A DNA stretch of 63,341 nucleotides, the filler included, from Craspedostauros australis (taxonomy: Eukaryota), in assembly GCA_030167865.1 (NCBI GenBank). It is 13 parts of 13 records of this genome, joined end to end, with 100 filler letters (N's around TTAATTAATTAA, not from the genome) between each part and the next. Parts side by side here need not be neighbours in the genome. Positions count along the whole stretch, not along the records: positions 23,023 to 48,857 come from JALAGF010005792.1; 12 more parts are not named here. One strand, 5' to 3'. Of the stretch, positions 34,310 to 46,822 are shown in pieces. The notes under the pieces were generated by a model. That model did not search any database, was not told the origin of the DNA, and was given only the letters and a program-made list of their open reading frames with translations. Position 1 is the stretch's first letter; every line of letters begins with the position of its first letter. The position numbers and the translations under genes were made by a program.

Positions 34310-37300
34310 TTATCTTCCGCCCAACCGCGCGGAACGGAACGCACCAGCCATTTCACGTCTTGTCTGTGCGGTCTGCTTCACATGCACAGTGTATAGGTTG
34401 GCTTCATCCTCATCGCTCTTCTTCGGTGCCTTCTTGGTCGTTGGCGATGATTGCCGCATGGCACTCTTCTTCTGAGACATTGTGGACGGCACCGTGAGGG
34501 GGGAGATGGGATAATCCATTCCACTCGCGCTGCTGTTGCTGAATGCCGACTGCCCGGCGTTGGATTCCTGGGCGTTGCTGCCTCTGCGAGGATAGGGACG
34601 TCGTGGTGGTCGTGATGGCTTGGGCGACACGTCGAGTGGCTTCAAGGTCGTGATGAATTCATCATCGCGCAGATCGCTGGGAGGCGGCTGTCCCATCCTG
34701 GCCTCGTCATGTGATTCGAGGGAAGCTTCCTCTTCGTCAATGTCCGACACATCATCCATGGGCGTAGCGCCGAAGCTGGTGCCGACCAAACCCTCCTCTT
34801 CCTGCACTGAAGTGGACCGCAGTATCCCCGATGTCGGCCTGGGTGGCACTGCCCCTGTGGCCCTCCCATTGCCTCCGCTGGCGCCGCCGCCATTGTTGTT
34901 GTTATTGTTACCGTTGTTGTTGCTGCTGTTGACATCGATCGGTTCCTTCTCCAAATCCACGGTTCGTTTGTTGTCATTGTTGGACACTCCGCTCTGATTG
35001 CTATGCGTGCTCAGTTGAATATTGCCATCGGCCTGGTTCGGCTTGGTATCTCCGTCAGTCTCCACGTTGGCATTTTCACCATCCCGTTCCGCATTGTACG
35101 CGCGAGGTCGCAGCCAGAATGTCTTGAGCTTGCCTTTCCCCTTGGCCTCGACCATATCCTTGCGTTCCTCCAGCCAGTGCTTCTTGCCAGCGGCCACTAA
35201 GATGTCCGCGGTGCTTGTCGAGACGTGGATCTTGCTGCGCTTTCCCGTGGTTTCCATGCGCGCTGCTGTGTTGACCGTATCACCGAACAATTGGAACCTG
35301 GATTTCTCACCACGCAGCACGCCTGCAGTGACAGGACCGCTGTGCAAACCGAATCTCATGGACAGCGTCGATGTGTTGCTGCCCAACTGGTTTCGCAACT
35401 CCCGAACAATGAGGGCCTTCATCTTGCGCAAGCATTCGTGGGCGAATAGGGCGAGGATGACAGCATGATCCTTTTGCGGTTCCGGCAGGCCTGTTACCGC
35501 CAAGTAGCAATCGCCGATCGTTTCCACCTTGAACACTCTGAATGGACACAGCATGGCGAGTGGAAGAAGTGTATGTATGTGTGTGCGTTTGTGTGCACAG
35601 AATGGTGCAAGGTAGAAGTTTTCGCAAGTGTGAGATGTCAATCGGTTCAGTTTCAGTGTTTGTTTCGGTTGCTGCTGCTGCTGTTGTACGAGTATGCCTG
35701 CGATTTGTATTTGCATCACAACAGCCATCCAATTCATTCCAATCCATGTCAGTACATTCCAATTCATGCACTAACTCACTTCCGCTTGTTGGCAATCTTA
35801 TCAAAAGCATTGTAAATGGTCTCCAACAAGATGAAGATATCCGCCGCCTCCCTTCCCGACGACCACGTCGCGAATCCGACGATATCTGCAAAGAGGACGG
35901 TGCATTCATCAAAGAGATCGGCGATGGGCGGCGCCACACTGTTTTGCATCACGGACGGCGCATCCTGCTTCTGCACTTCTTCCTTGAGGATGGAGAGGTA
36001 GGAATCCATGCTGTTCGTGGGATCGTTGAGGTGCTTGTTGAATCCTTTCGTCGTTCGCAATTTGCTCGTCGTCGAACCAGAAACGGACATCCCGGACGAC
36101 ATCTTGTTGGCGTTCGCGGCGGGCGCATTGTTGATCATGGCGTTGTCATCGTAAAGGCGTTCGCGCACGTTGTCCGGAAACAGGGACGAGACGATGGCGC
36201 TCGACGACATGGCCGATTCGAAGACGACGCGTTGTCGTTTTTCGACGAGTCGATCGAAGCAGCAGACGATGCAGACGATGATGCAAAAGACGATGGCGAC
36301 GACGATCGTGTAGGACGCGTCGGCGTTGCTCGTGTACTCGTCGCGCAGATCATCGTTGGGGTACATGGACATGGTGATGCGGCATGCCGTTGTGTATGGC
36401 GCCGCCGTGACGAGCAGACAGTCGCGGCGATCGGAGTTGTACTGCGTATCGTGTAAATCGCGGGCGCCCCTGTAGATCGCGCGCTCCCCGACGATCTCGT
36501 ACGTGAATTGTGCTGACGATCTGCTCGTCGTGCCGATGCCGCATCGTTCATTGAGCACGACGGTGAGGCGGGCGTGTTCACGCAGGTCATTCTCCATGAT
36601 GGCGTCCCACGAGAACATGGCGGAAAAAACGGCCCTGGTCACGCCGTTGACGTCATCGACGATGGGAACCAAGATGTTGGAAACTACGTTGCTGTAGAGA
36701 TACCAATCAGATGGCGCGTTGGGGTCTGTGAGGTTGGGACTGTGCGCTTGGTTGGGCTTCGGCGGCTGAAATGGCGTGCGCGTCAACTCGTACCACTTTT
36801 GTTCCATCCTGTCCATGAGATGAGGCAGAATCGATGATGATGTTGTTGATGACGAGCTGTCTTGCTGCGCGCCCCATCTCGTTGTTGCGGAGCCCAGGAA
36901 CGAATCAATGATTATCGAGGAATCGTCGTTATCGCTGCTGGTCTGTTCTTGCCATTCCAACACATCTTTGAGGAGGGGTCCGTAATACTCATCCGACAGC
37001 AAATTCGTGAGGATGAGATCCGGTTCATTGAGCGCGGGCACCATCTGCCAGATCGGCAGCAGCTCCGTGCTCGATTCTGGCTCGTACCGGATCGTTCCAT
37101 TGGACAACCGACGCGCCGACCTTATCGTGCTGGGTATGGCATCAATGGATAATGGCGGCAGAGCGCTCGTGACATCGGGCGCATCGTCCTTCGTGACCGC
37201 CGTCGTCATCCACTCGAACTGTTGCTGCTGCTGTCGTTCCAACTGCAATATGCGATCGCGCTGCAGCTCCAAGCTCTGCAATAACCAGCCCTGATTGTCG

Positions 37301-38205
37301 GTGGCGTATCGCTCGAATTCCTGTCGATCCGCGAGCGGCGAAAGAAGCAGGACACTGAGGAATTCCCCGATATCCGTAATGATACCGCCGCGCCGTTCCA
37401 CATCCGGAACGGTCCAAAAGGAGGACGCTGTGTCATTCGCGCCTGCCGACAGGAACAGCTGGTTGTAACCGAAACCCTTGAGCGTGGATACGTGGTTGGC
37501 GTACTTTTGCCGGACGACCGCGCAGAACTGCTCCACTTCATCTTCGTAAATGGAATCGAGCTGCTCCTGTTCCATGTTGGAGATGTAGAGGTAGATGCCG
37601 ACGCAGGTCCCAACGGCGACGAGGATGAGGATGAGAAAGATGATGCGGCGGTAGCGTGCGATGGACTTCGTCTCTTGTTGCGCGAACTGCACCTGCACAT
37701 CGGGAGCCGTGGGCGCGACGGGGTAGTCCTGGGCGAAGACGTCATCGACGCTGTACGTGGAGAAGTTCGTCATGGGCGTGTACATGAGATCCTGCTGCGT
37801 GCGCATGCCGTGGTTGGAGTTGGCATTGGTGTGCTGCGGATGCTGCTCCATGTTGGGAGTCTGGCTGTGCGACTGAGTGCTCGCGTATTGATCGGACTGC
37901 GCGTTCTGTCTACCCTCGTTGCTGCCGCTACGATCGAAGAGCTTCTTCTGCGATGAGCGGAAGGAGGAGGAGCCGTATCCCGGAATGTGTTTGAGCATGA
38001 GCTGGCGGGCCCTTTTGCGTCGCGACTGCGGCTTGGCCATCATGTCTTCGCTGCTGCGGCTGCTGCGGCGCACGGTCTCTTTGTAGAGGACATCGAGGCC
38101 GCCCATGCTGCCATGATCATCGTGGTTGGAGGAGTCCTCGTTGTAGGAGGCATGGAACCTCTCGCTGCCCGTCTTCAGCGGGATCTCGTACGTGCTGTCG
38201 GGCAT
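34310..38205 (-). CDS. 2-TM receptor-type class III nucleotide (guanylate-like) cyclase; exons 38205-35780 and 35537-34310
   Basis: TVLFADIVGF, VFKVETIGDCY and RFQLFGDTVNTAARME. A GT-AG intron at 35779-35538 restores ANKRK-VFKVE. Two TM helices flank a CHASE-like sensor. Confidence 0.92.
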
Positions 38206-39329
38206 GTTGAGAGCTTCAGTTGCTGTGTCTGCGAATGTGTGATGTGTGTGGTCTTTGTGGTCTGTGTGGTTGTCTGGAGGGATGGCCGAGTACGAAGACC
38301 TCTGTTTCCACTTCTCCTGTTGACTGTGATTGTGTGTGTGTGCTTGTGTTCGTCGTTGCCGTTCTGCCTCTTGACACTTCCACTTTCTTGGTGTTCAGCT
38401 GTGCTCTACCCCCAACAAGCAAGAAGCAAGATGGGCAGCATGAATAGTCGCACGGTTGCTCTTCGGTGAAGGTCGAAGAGGTCTGCCAGGGATTTGACCG
38501 ATGCCTCCCTCCTGGAATGTCTCTGTTGCAACAGATCGCTTCGTCTTCGCCGTGATCGTGTCTTTGTGGATGTGGTTGTTGTTGGTGATGTTTGCGTCGC
38601 CGGATGGCAAAGCCCGATGGCGTCCATCTCCTTCCAAAGACTTCTTCTGCTCGTGATACTCGCGTGTAAACCGGCAAGGTCATCGAGACTAATGATTGAA
38701 GGCCATTCGTGCAATCTCCCTTAATTGGCACCGTTCTATTTAATAGCGCGTTGGGCCTGTATGGCAGTCGAATTCTTCCACAGCTGCTGTTGTTGGGCCT
38801 GCACATTCTTGGTCGTAGCTCACGGAACCTTGTGATGATGTTCCGAACGTGGACTTGCTACCACACACAGACCAGTTTTGCGAACGGGGGCACTAAAGCG
38901 AACGAGTCATCATCACGTCAACAATGCACAATGGACACGAACCAACGCAAAAGAACTCCCAAAGGAGCAAAATGACACACGATTTTGTGCTTGGAACAGT
39001 GGAGTGTCAGCCGTTCGCAAAAACGCAACCGAGGCAACAGCGCTGCGAACAAAGGCGGCACCAGAAATACCGACGCAAGTGGTGGCAACAAATCACGATC
39101 ATGTGAAGGAGGAACGAGAATTGAGCACAGCGCATCCATTCTCCGCCACTTCACTTCACTGCACTGCACTAAAGCTCTCCTCGATCTGCATCCACTCTCT
39201 GTCGTGAATCTCCATTCCAACTTGGCAGCAACATCCAACGACAGTTGCAATAGCAACAGCAATATCAATAACACCAGCAATAGCAATAGAAAGAGTAGAA
39301 TAACTAACAACAAGAACACGAGTGATGAG

Positions 39330-42303
39330 ATGATGAACGCATCGTTCAACCGCTTGAATGCGTCCTTCAGCTTGCTGGGCAGACAGAAGAAGGGCGAAGA
39401 CGATGATCGCAATGGCCGGAACGGTCGCAACAGCCTGAACGGCGATCAGGAGGACGACATCCTGCACAACAGCGGCCGCAGCAACAGGGCCGGCCGGAAT
39501 CGCAGCAGCCTGCGCCAATCGGGCGTGCTGCAGTTCCATGAGTCCGTCGCCAACAACATCTTCGACATCGCCGAGCAGGAGATTCTGGGCGGCGGCGATC
39601 CGCGCGAAGGCAGCCGTCGTGGCAGGAGGACCCTGGGCACCGGCGAGGACCTCTTCCATCACAGTTCCTTCCACAGACCCAGCGGCAACGGCATGCGCCT
39701 GCAGAACGGCGGCGGCGACGACGACGATGACCGCAGCAGCAACAAGTCGTGCGTCTCCTTCGCGGCGCAGAGCGATCATTCGCACTTCTCCGACGACGAC
39801 ATGGGCAGCGAGGGAGACGAGGACGACACCATCTTTGCGAATGGCAATGGCACGGTCGCCAGCGGCAAGAGCTCCGGCAATGCGGCATCGTCGTTGGGCA
39901 GACGCGAGACGGCCGCCATCTCCTATCTCAGAAGCTTCCTCTGGATCATCTTCTTCGTCTGCACCATCGTCCTCACCACGTTGGCCTACACGGTGCCGCG
40001 GCAGCGCGAGATCGAGCGGTTCGAAGACGCCTTCCATGAGGCATCCGAGAATCTGCAGAGCACGATTCAAGCCACGGCGCGGCAGCGGTTCACGACGACG
40101 CAGCTCTTTCACGAGTCCATTCAGCACGAAGCCACCTTGTCCGATGCCGACTACTTCACAATTCAAGATCTCCAACGACGCGGCGACAACTTCATCGAGT
40201 CCACCCACATGTACACCGCCTTCCTCCTGCCGCTCGTTGCCACCAATCAGACGGATGCGTGGGAAACCTACGTGCAGCAGAATTTGCATCGGCAGGATCT
40301 CATTGCCACCACAACGACCGCGGCATCGACGGCGACTATAGTGCCGTTCATTTACGAGTTCGACACGCTCAATGCGGTGCCGGCCACGGAGACCACCAAC
40401 ATTGCCGACGCTCCCTCCTTCCTGCCCATCTGGCAGCAAATACCAAACATACCGGCGCCGCCCATCAATTACAACATCCTCGCGGAAACATCATTCGCAA
40501 GTGTTTTGCGCAAGAACAACAACTTGCCGTTCCTTTCCAGATTGTGGACCAACGAACGATCGCGCATGCTGCAATCCTTCGCATCCACGCATCAGCGTCT
40601 CGCCAACTTCACGTACTCGGAGGATGAGCCCATCACGGATTATCACATGCCCATTCATGACACCACCACCAATCGTCTCCTGGCCATCTTCACGTGCTCC
40701 TTCTACTGGAAGAGCATGTTGGCGGTCGTGCATGACGATTTCATTATCGTTGTCAGCAACAACTGTTTGCAGACCGCGCAGCAATCGATGTCGTATCAAA
40801 GACGCGATGGGGAACTCCTATTTTTGGGCATGCAGGACATGCATGACTCGCAGTTTGACAAGTACGTCAACACGACCACCGATCGCATCCACATTCAAGG
40901 CACGTCACCCAGCAACAGCGACACCACACGCACAGGCTGCTCCTATTCCATCCTCATCTACCCGACGACGCAATACCACGACACCTTCATCACGAACGAA
41001 CCCATCTACTTCGCCGTCTGCATGGCGATCGCCTTGCTCCTCACGAGCCTCATTTTCTACGGATACACGCAGATGATCGAACGACGTCAGCGCATCGTCA
41101 TGGACGAAGCCATCGCATCATCGGCCATCGTCTCGTCGCTGTTTCCCAAAACGGTGCGCGATCGGCTGGTCGTCTCGACGAAGGGTGGTGATAAGTCCAA
41201 CGCCATGGCCGGCACGTCGTCGCCGTCCATCGTGCCGCCGTTGTTGCAAGGCGAGAAGTATCTCAAATTGGGTGGCAACGATGATTCCAGCAAGAAGAAG
41301 AAAAGCAGCGACTCTACCGAAGAAGATGATGCCAAAACAAGGCCCATTGCAGACACATTCGAGAACACGACGGTGCTGTTTGCCGATATCGCGGGCTTCA
41401 CCTCTTGGTGTGCTAGTCATGATCCCAGTGACGTGTTTCTGTTATTGGAGGTACGTGTTGCGTTGGGTTTTGCGTTGCGTTGTTACGTGTGTTGGGGATA
41501 GCGTTGAGAATGTATTGGCACGATTACTCACTGTGTGGTGCAACAAATTCCATTGACTCTCTGCTTAAATTTGTGATTGGACTCGACAGACGCTGTACGG
41601 TGAATTCGATAAGATCGCACGCAAACGAGATGTGTTCAAGGTGGAGACGATTGGAGATTGCTACGTCGCCGTGACCGGATTGCCGGAACCGCAGGAGGAC
41701 CACGCCATCATCATGTCCCTGTTCGCGCACGAATGCATGAGAACGATGAAGCTGCTGCTGACCAAGGAACTGCGCACGTTGCTGGGCGGCGATCCGTCCA
41801 TCATCTCCATGCGCTTCGGACTGCATTCGGGCAGCGTCATTGCGGGTGTGCTGCGCGGTGAAAAGTCCCGATTCCAACTGTTCGGCGACACCGTCAACAT
41901 GGCAGCGCGCATCGAGCACACGGGCAAACGCGATCGCATCCACATATCGCCCACGACGGGCGAACTGCTGATCGAGGCCGGCAAGAAGAAGTGGCTCGTG
42001 GAGCGATCGGACAGCCCCGAGGACATGCAAACGTACTGGTTGCGGCCGCGGTCCAAAACTTCGGCGATGGACGATGCCCGACGCAGCCGCGCATCACTGT
42101 CGACCGACGGCGGCGGCACTTCGATCTCGGACGCGTACTCGCTGTCGTCGGGCATGTCGTTCGGTGGTATGGACGGGGTGTCGTCGCACTCGCGGGCATG
42201 GCCGGAGGCGTCGACTCATTCCAAGGCGTGGATCGATTCTGATTCTGGCGATGGTTTCACCATGGAGGGGGACATGAGCGACGGCGGGGACAGTTTCGCC
42301 TGA
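39330..42303 (+). CDS. Paralogous 2-TM class III nucleotide cyclase; exons 39330-41450 and 41590-42303
   Basis: TVLFADIAGF and RFQLFGDTVNMAARIE. A GT-AG intron at 41451-41589 restores FLLLE-TLYGEFD. Start codon inferred. Confidence 0.92.
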
Positions 42304-42686
42304 AGCTTTTGGCATGGTGTCGTCGTACCGTTCGGGCTGCTTTATCCGACCAGATTTTTGCGCTCATCTGCATGTACCAATACGTGTATGACATTGAAGA
42401 ATGATAGCAGTGATAGTAGTCGTAGCAGCAACAGCAGATTTGTACCAACACAGGGTACTTTACATTTCTACGCCATTTCATTTCATTTCTGATGTGCTTG
42501 TTGTCGGTAACTGCAGCCCATGTGATATCGCGTTCTCATTGAGCTCATCCGTGGACCATTGGCTGTGCCTTTGGGCATGTCCATCATGAGGGCAACGACG
42601 AGGGGAGAAGCGCTGAATCCATGCGAGTATACTCGTGCGCAGGACAGATCACACCGCTACCACCACCAATAGTTTCATCTCAGAGA

Positions 42687-43477
42687 TCACCGGCTTGACC
42701 CGGCTTTCATGCGCTCCAGTAATTGACCAGCCGCCCCCGCCAGCTTTGGCTCCTCCGTCATAACCTCCGGATTCGTATCATCCTGCAGACTCGTATCGTC
42801 TTCCGGATTCGTATCCTCTTGCGGCTTTGGACTTCGCCGTGTCGATACCGCTCCGACCATCTCCTTTCTGGCCGCTCGATCCGCCTTGCGGCGCTTCTTA
42901 CGAGCTTCTTTCACAATATTGCACACATGCCGCCGTTCCTCCTTATCCCCGTCGATGCGCTGCTTGCCTGCCTCTATTAGATCCGCTTGCACACGCTCGT
43001 AGGTCTGCAAGTACTCCTCGCGATCTGCCAACTTGTCGTGCCCATGCACGTGCACCAGTTTGTTGCGGGCTGATGTTGGGTGGGTACAATAGTACGAGTG
43101 GATGGATGGGGGCAAAGCAATGAAAAAATGGAGGCAACGGGTGCATGGATGGGTTGAGATTGCGAGGCGACGAGCACTGATGCGATGCAACGCGGAATGG
43201 GAAAGGCATCCCATGATACCATACAACCACGACGCAACGTACTATCGACGATGTAATCCATATCGCGGATGGTCTGATCCGACAGGTGCAGCTTGTCATC
43301 GACCTCGCTGAGCTTCTCGAGCCATGTGGCGCCATGCATGCGTCCCACGCCGCAATGCCGCTGCAGCGTGTATTGCAGATCCTTCGCCACGCGCACGCTG
43401 AGCTCGATGTCGCTGGCGCATTGCAGGAGCTTGGATCGCGCAGCCGCTCGTGGTGCGGCGTTGCCCATTGTGCTCAA
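42687..43477 (-). CDS. Small HEPN-like protein (RNKLVH) with a charged tail; exons 43477-43243 and 43069-42687
   Basis: A GTACGT...CATCAG intron (43242-43070) joins two ORFs in frame to give IRDMDYIVDTRNKLVH. Confidence 0.7.
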
Positions 43478-44449
43478 TCGTATGCACTCGCGAAGGCAAC
43501 GTCGTTCTTGGGAATGTGTGCGGCAGCGAGCGTTGTTGGATCCGCGCCGACGTGATGGAGAGTGTCGTAGGTACGACTATGATAATAGTGGGTGGAGGCA
43601 TGAAACAAGATCGGAGCTCAGACTTTCGTTTCAAACAGAGCGACAGGTTCCACCAGAACCAATGGAAAAACGTTGAAACATGGCTGGGAGCTACATCGAC
43701 TACTTCGACTTCACTGACTGTGGAAATTGTCAGAGAATAACGCTTACAACGCCAAAACGTTTGAAAAGCGAACTCCAAATACAGCTGCTCGATCGTCTTC
43801 GACGGAAGCGGCAAAAGCAGCGAAAGAATTGACCTCTCGCACTTGTTGTGCTTCGACAGACGTCCAAACAGGCATTGATCTTCTTCGATGGTCTTCCTCG
43901 TAGTCGTATCAGTCGAAGAATCTCGTTTTCAACGATGTCACAGAAGAGAACTCTGTTGTGGTGCTTCTTTCTTGTTGTCCGTTTGCATCTTCGCGATGGA
44001 TGAGAACGGAAGGATCCGAACTCCGCGAACCAGAGAGAGGTGCGATCAACAGAAGGTTCCGCCCACGTGAACCGGGGGGGGGGGNNNNNNNNNNNNNNNN
44101 NNNNNNNNNNNNNNNNNNNNNNNNNNNNNNNNNNNNNNNNNNNNNNNNNNNNNNNNNNNNNNNNNNNNNNNNNNNTCCAAACTCCACGAACCAGAGAGGA
44201 GGACCATGCGAACAAGACAACAACACACAACACACAACCCCATACTCGAGCACATCAACAACAGACATCGAATTGCCACTCATACTCATCGCGCAGCGTA
44301 TGGTACTCATAATAATACAAGCCATTGAAGACACCACATACGATATCTCTGCCATTGATAGCTCAGACTCCACACTTCCTCGACAGCCAATCCAACGCCA
44401 ATCGTCCAACGTCCAACGTCCAACATCAATCATCCACTATCCTCTCAAA

Positions 44450-45775
44450 ATGCCGAATGTTACAAACGATGAACTCATTGATGCTTCCTTCAGAGGCGAC
44501 TTGTCGGTGTTGAAAGAATGGAAGAAGCAGAACCAGACGCAGAATGAAGGAGTGGATGTCAACAAGGTTACAGACTGGATTGGTTTCACTCCCCTTCATG
44601 GGGCATGCGACGGCGGCCACCTGGAGTGTGTGAAGTACCTCATCAACTCATGCAGGGCTGACATCAACTCCGAAAACTACTGTGGTTCCACTCCCCTTCA
44701 TGTGGCATGCTCCAACGGCCAGCTGGAGTGTGTGAAGTATCTCTTCGAATCATGCAGGGCTGACATCAACTGCAAAGACAGCAATGGTCCCACTCCCCTT
44801 CATGTGGCATGTTGCACCGGCCAGCTGGAGTGTGTGAAGTACCTCATCGAATCATGCAGGGCTGACATCAACTGCAAAGACAGCAATGGTTCCACTCCCC
44901 TTCATGACGCATGCTCCAACGGCCAGCTGGAGTGTGTGAAGTACCTCACCGAATCATGCAGGGCTGACATCAACTGCGAAAGCATCGAGGGTTCCACTCC
45001 CCTTCATCTGGCATGCTGCAATGGCAGGCTGGAGTGTGTGAAGTACCTCATCGAATCATGCTGGGCTGACATCAACTGCAAAGACAGCAATGGTTCCACT
45101 CCCCTTCATGACGCATGCCGCACTGGCCAGCTGGAGTGTGTGAAGTACCTCATCGAATCATGCAGGGCTGACATCAACTGCAAAAACAACTCTGGTTCCA
45201 CTCCCCTTCATGAGGCACGCTCCAACGGCTACCTGAAATGTGTGGAGTACGTCGTTGCATCAGCCAATGCCAACAACGACATCCAAAGCAACAACAACAC
45301 AATCGACATCCAAAGCAACAACAACACAATCGACATCCAACGCAACAACAACAACACCAACATCCAACGCAACAACAACAACACCAACATCCAACGCAAC
45401 AACAACAAAATCAACATCCAAAGCAACAACAACAACACCAAAATCCAAAGCAACAACAACAAAATCAACATCCAAAGCAACAACAACAACACCAACATCC
45501 AACGCAACAACAACAACATCAACATCCAAAGCAACAACAACAAAATCAACATCCAAAGCAACAACAACAAAATCAACATCCAAAGCAACAACAACAACGC
45601 CAACATCCAACGCAACAACAACAAAATCAACATCCAAAGCAACAACAACAAAATCAACATCCAAAGCAACAACAACAAAATCAACATCCAAAGCAACAAC
45701 AACAACACCAACATCCAACGCAATTGGTTCTGTTGTTGGCACTGTTGGAAGACTCCGCGCACGGAGAATCATTAG
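44450..45775 (+). CDS. Ankyrin-repeat protein (N-cap plus 7 repeats) with an Asn-rich tandem tail
   Basis: TPLH.AC..G.LECVKYL every 102 bp (44588, 44690 ... 45200); ATG at 44450. Confidence 0.93.
   Translation: MPNVTNDELIDASFRGDLSVLKEWKKQNQTQNEGVDVNKVTDWIGFTPLHGACDGGHLECVKYLINSCRADINSENYCGSTPLHVACSNGQLECVKYLFESCRADINCKDSNGPTPLHVACCTGQLECVKYLIESCRADINCKDSNGSTPLHDACSNGQLECVKYLTESCRADINCESIEGSTPLHLACCNGRLECVKYLIESCWADINCKDSNGSTPLHDACRTGQLECVKYLIESCRADINCKNNSGSTPLHEARSNGYLKCVEYVVASANANNDIQSNNNTIDIQSNNNTIDIQRNNNNTNIQRNNNNTNIQRNNNKINIQSNNNNTKIQSNNNKINIQSNNNNTNIQRNNNNINIQSNNNKINIQSNNNKINIQSNNNNANIQRNNNKINIQSNNNKINIQSNNNKINIQSNNNNTNIQRNWFCCWHCWKTPRTENH
45270..45722 (+). repeat. Coding minisatellite of 24/27-bp units encoding INIQ(S/R)NNN(N)
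   Basis: Repeated AACATCCAAAGCAACAACAAC units. Confidence 0.95.
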
Positions 45776-46822
45776 TAGTAACACTCTTTGGCTGTAAGTG
45801 TTTCTGTTACTTGTTACTGCAGTTGTTACTGAGTGTTGATGAGTGAGAGTTGAGGTTGAACTAAGAATCGACTAATTTTTTAGAGTGTCCTGTGTCGTTG
45901 CTTGAAATTGCTTTTGGCGTGCAATCATCCAAACCTGACGACAGCCAGACCTTTCCTTGTGCTCCCCTCTTTTGAGTCACTAACCATTCCCGATTACCAT
46001 GCTACGGTCCATCTAAGCCAACCAATGCATGTGGGAACTATATGCTCCTCAGATCTTATCAGATGGGCTTCACCTGGATTCCCTTTTTGCTGCCACGGCG
46101 TCCGCTGACGATGCCAGCTTCACCATGGGCAATCCAAGCTGCTTCAACCTCAGCAATGGAATCCTGATACAAGTCCAAGCTGCTGACTTCAGCCGCATAG
46201 CTCCCATCGCTTCAACATCTGCTGAAGCCATGATACCTCCTGCATGACATCACCTGCAATCCAGAGGAGAAGGATAAAGAGGAAAGTACAGTCTCTCCTC
46301 AGCACTGAACTGTGAGGATCCATGCAGAGCCATGCCAACACAATGAATATCGTTTCTTCATCCTGCCTACAACAATACTAACTCATAATACAACAAGTCC
46401 AGAGTAGTACAACACTTCTACTCTATTCATAGTATCAAGTTCCAACAGTCAAGTACATTCAAGCCCAGTGAACTGCATCAATCGGCCTTCACCAGAAGCT
46501 GGCAGTCCACAAGGGGTACTCCGGTTTCTCTGCAAACGCTCACAAATTCTAACTGCGTGCGTGCGGAATGAGGTGATCAAGATGCTCTCTTGATTCATCT
46601 CTTCCTTGCTCTCATTGCTGGTGCAACACTCTTGCACCTCCATGCACATTGCTCTCCTTGTTGCTCGTTGATGTTGTCTTTGTCGTTGTCTTTGTCGTTG
46701 TCTTTGTCGTTGTTGATCTGGTCGTTCTCTTGTTGTCTCGTTGTTGTTCCATTCTTGGGTTTGTTGAATCTGATGATTGATGGAATCTGGTGGACTATTT
46801 AAAACATATTGCATTCTCTGTA

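Noticed and set aside
43958..44449. N-terminal extension of the ankyrin ORF
   Set aside because: It crosses a gap, looks like UTR, and a good ATG occurs at 44450.
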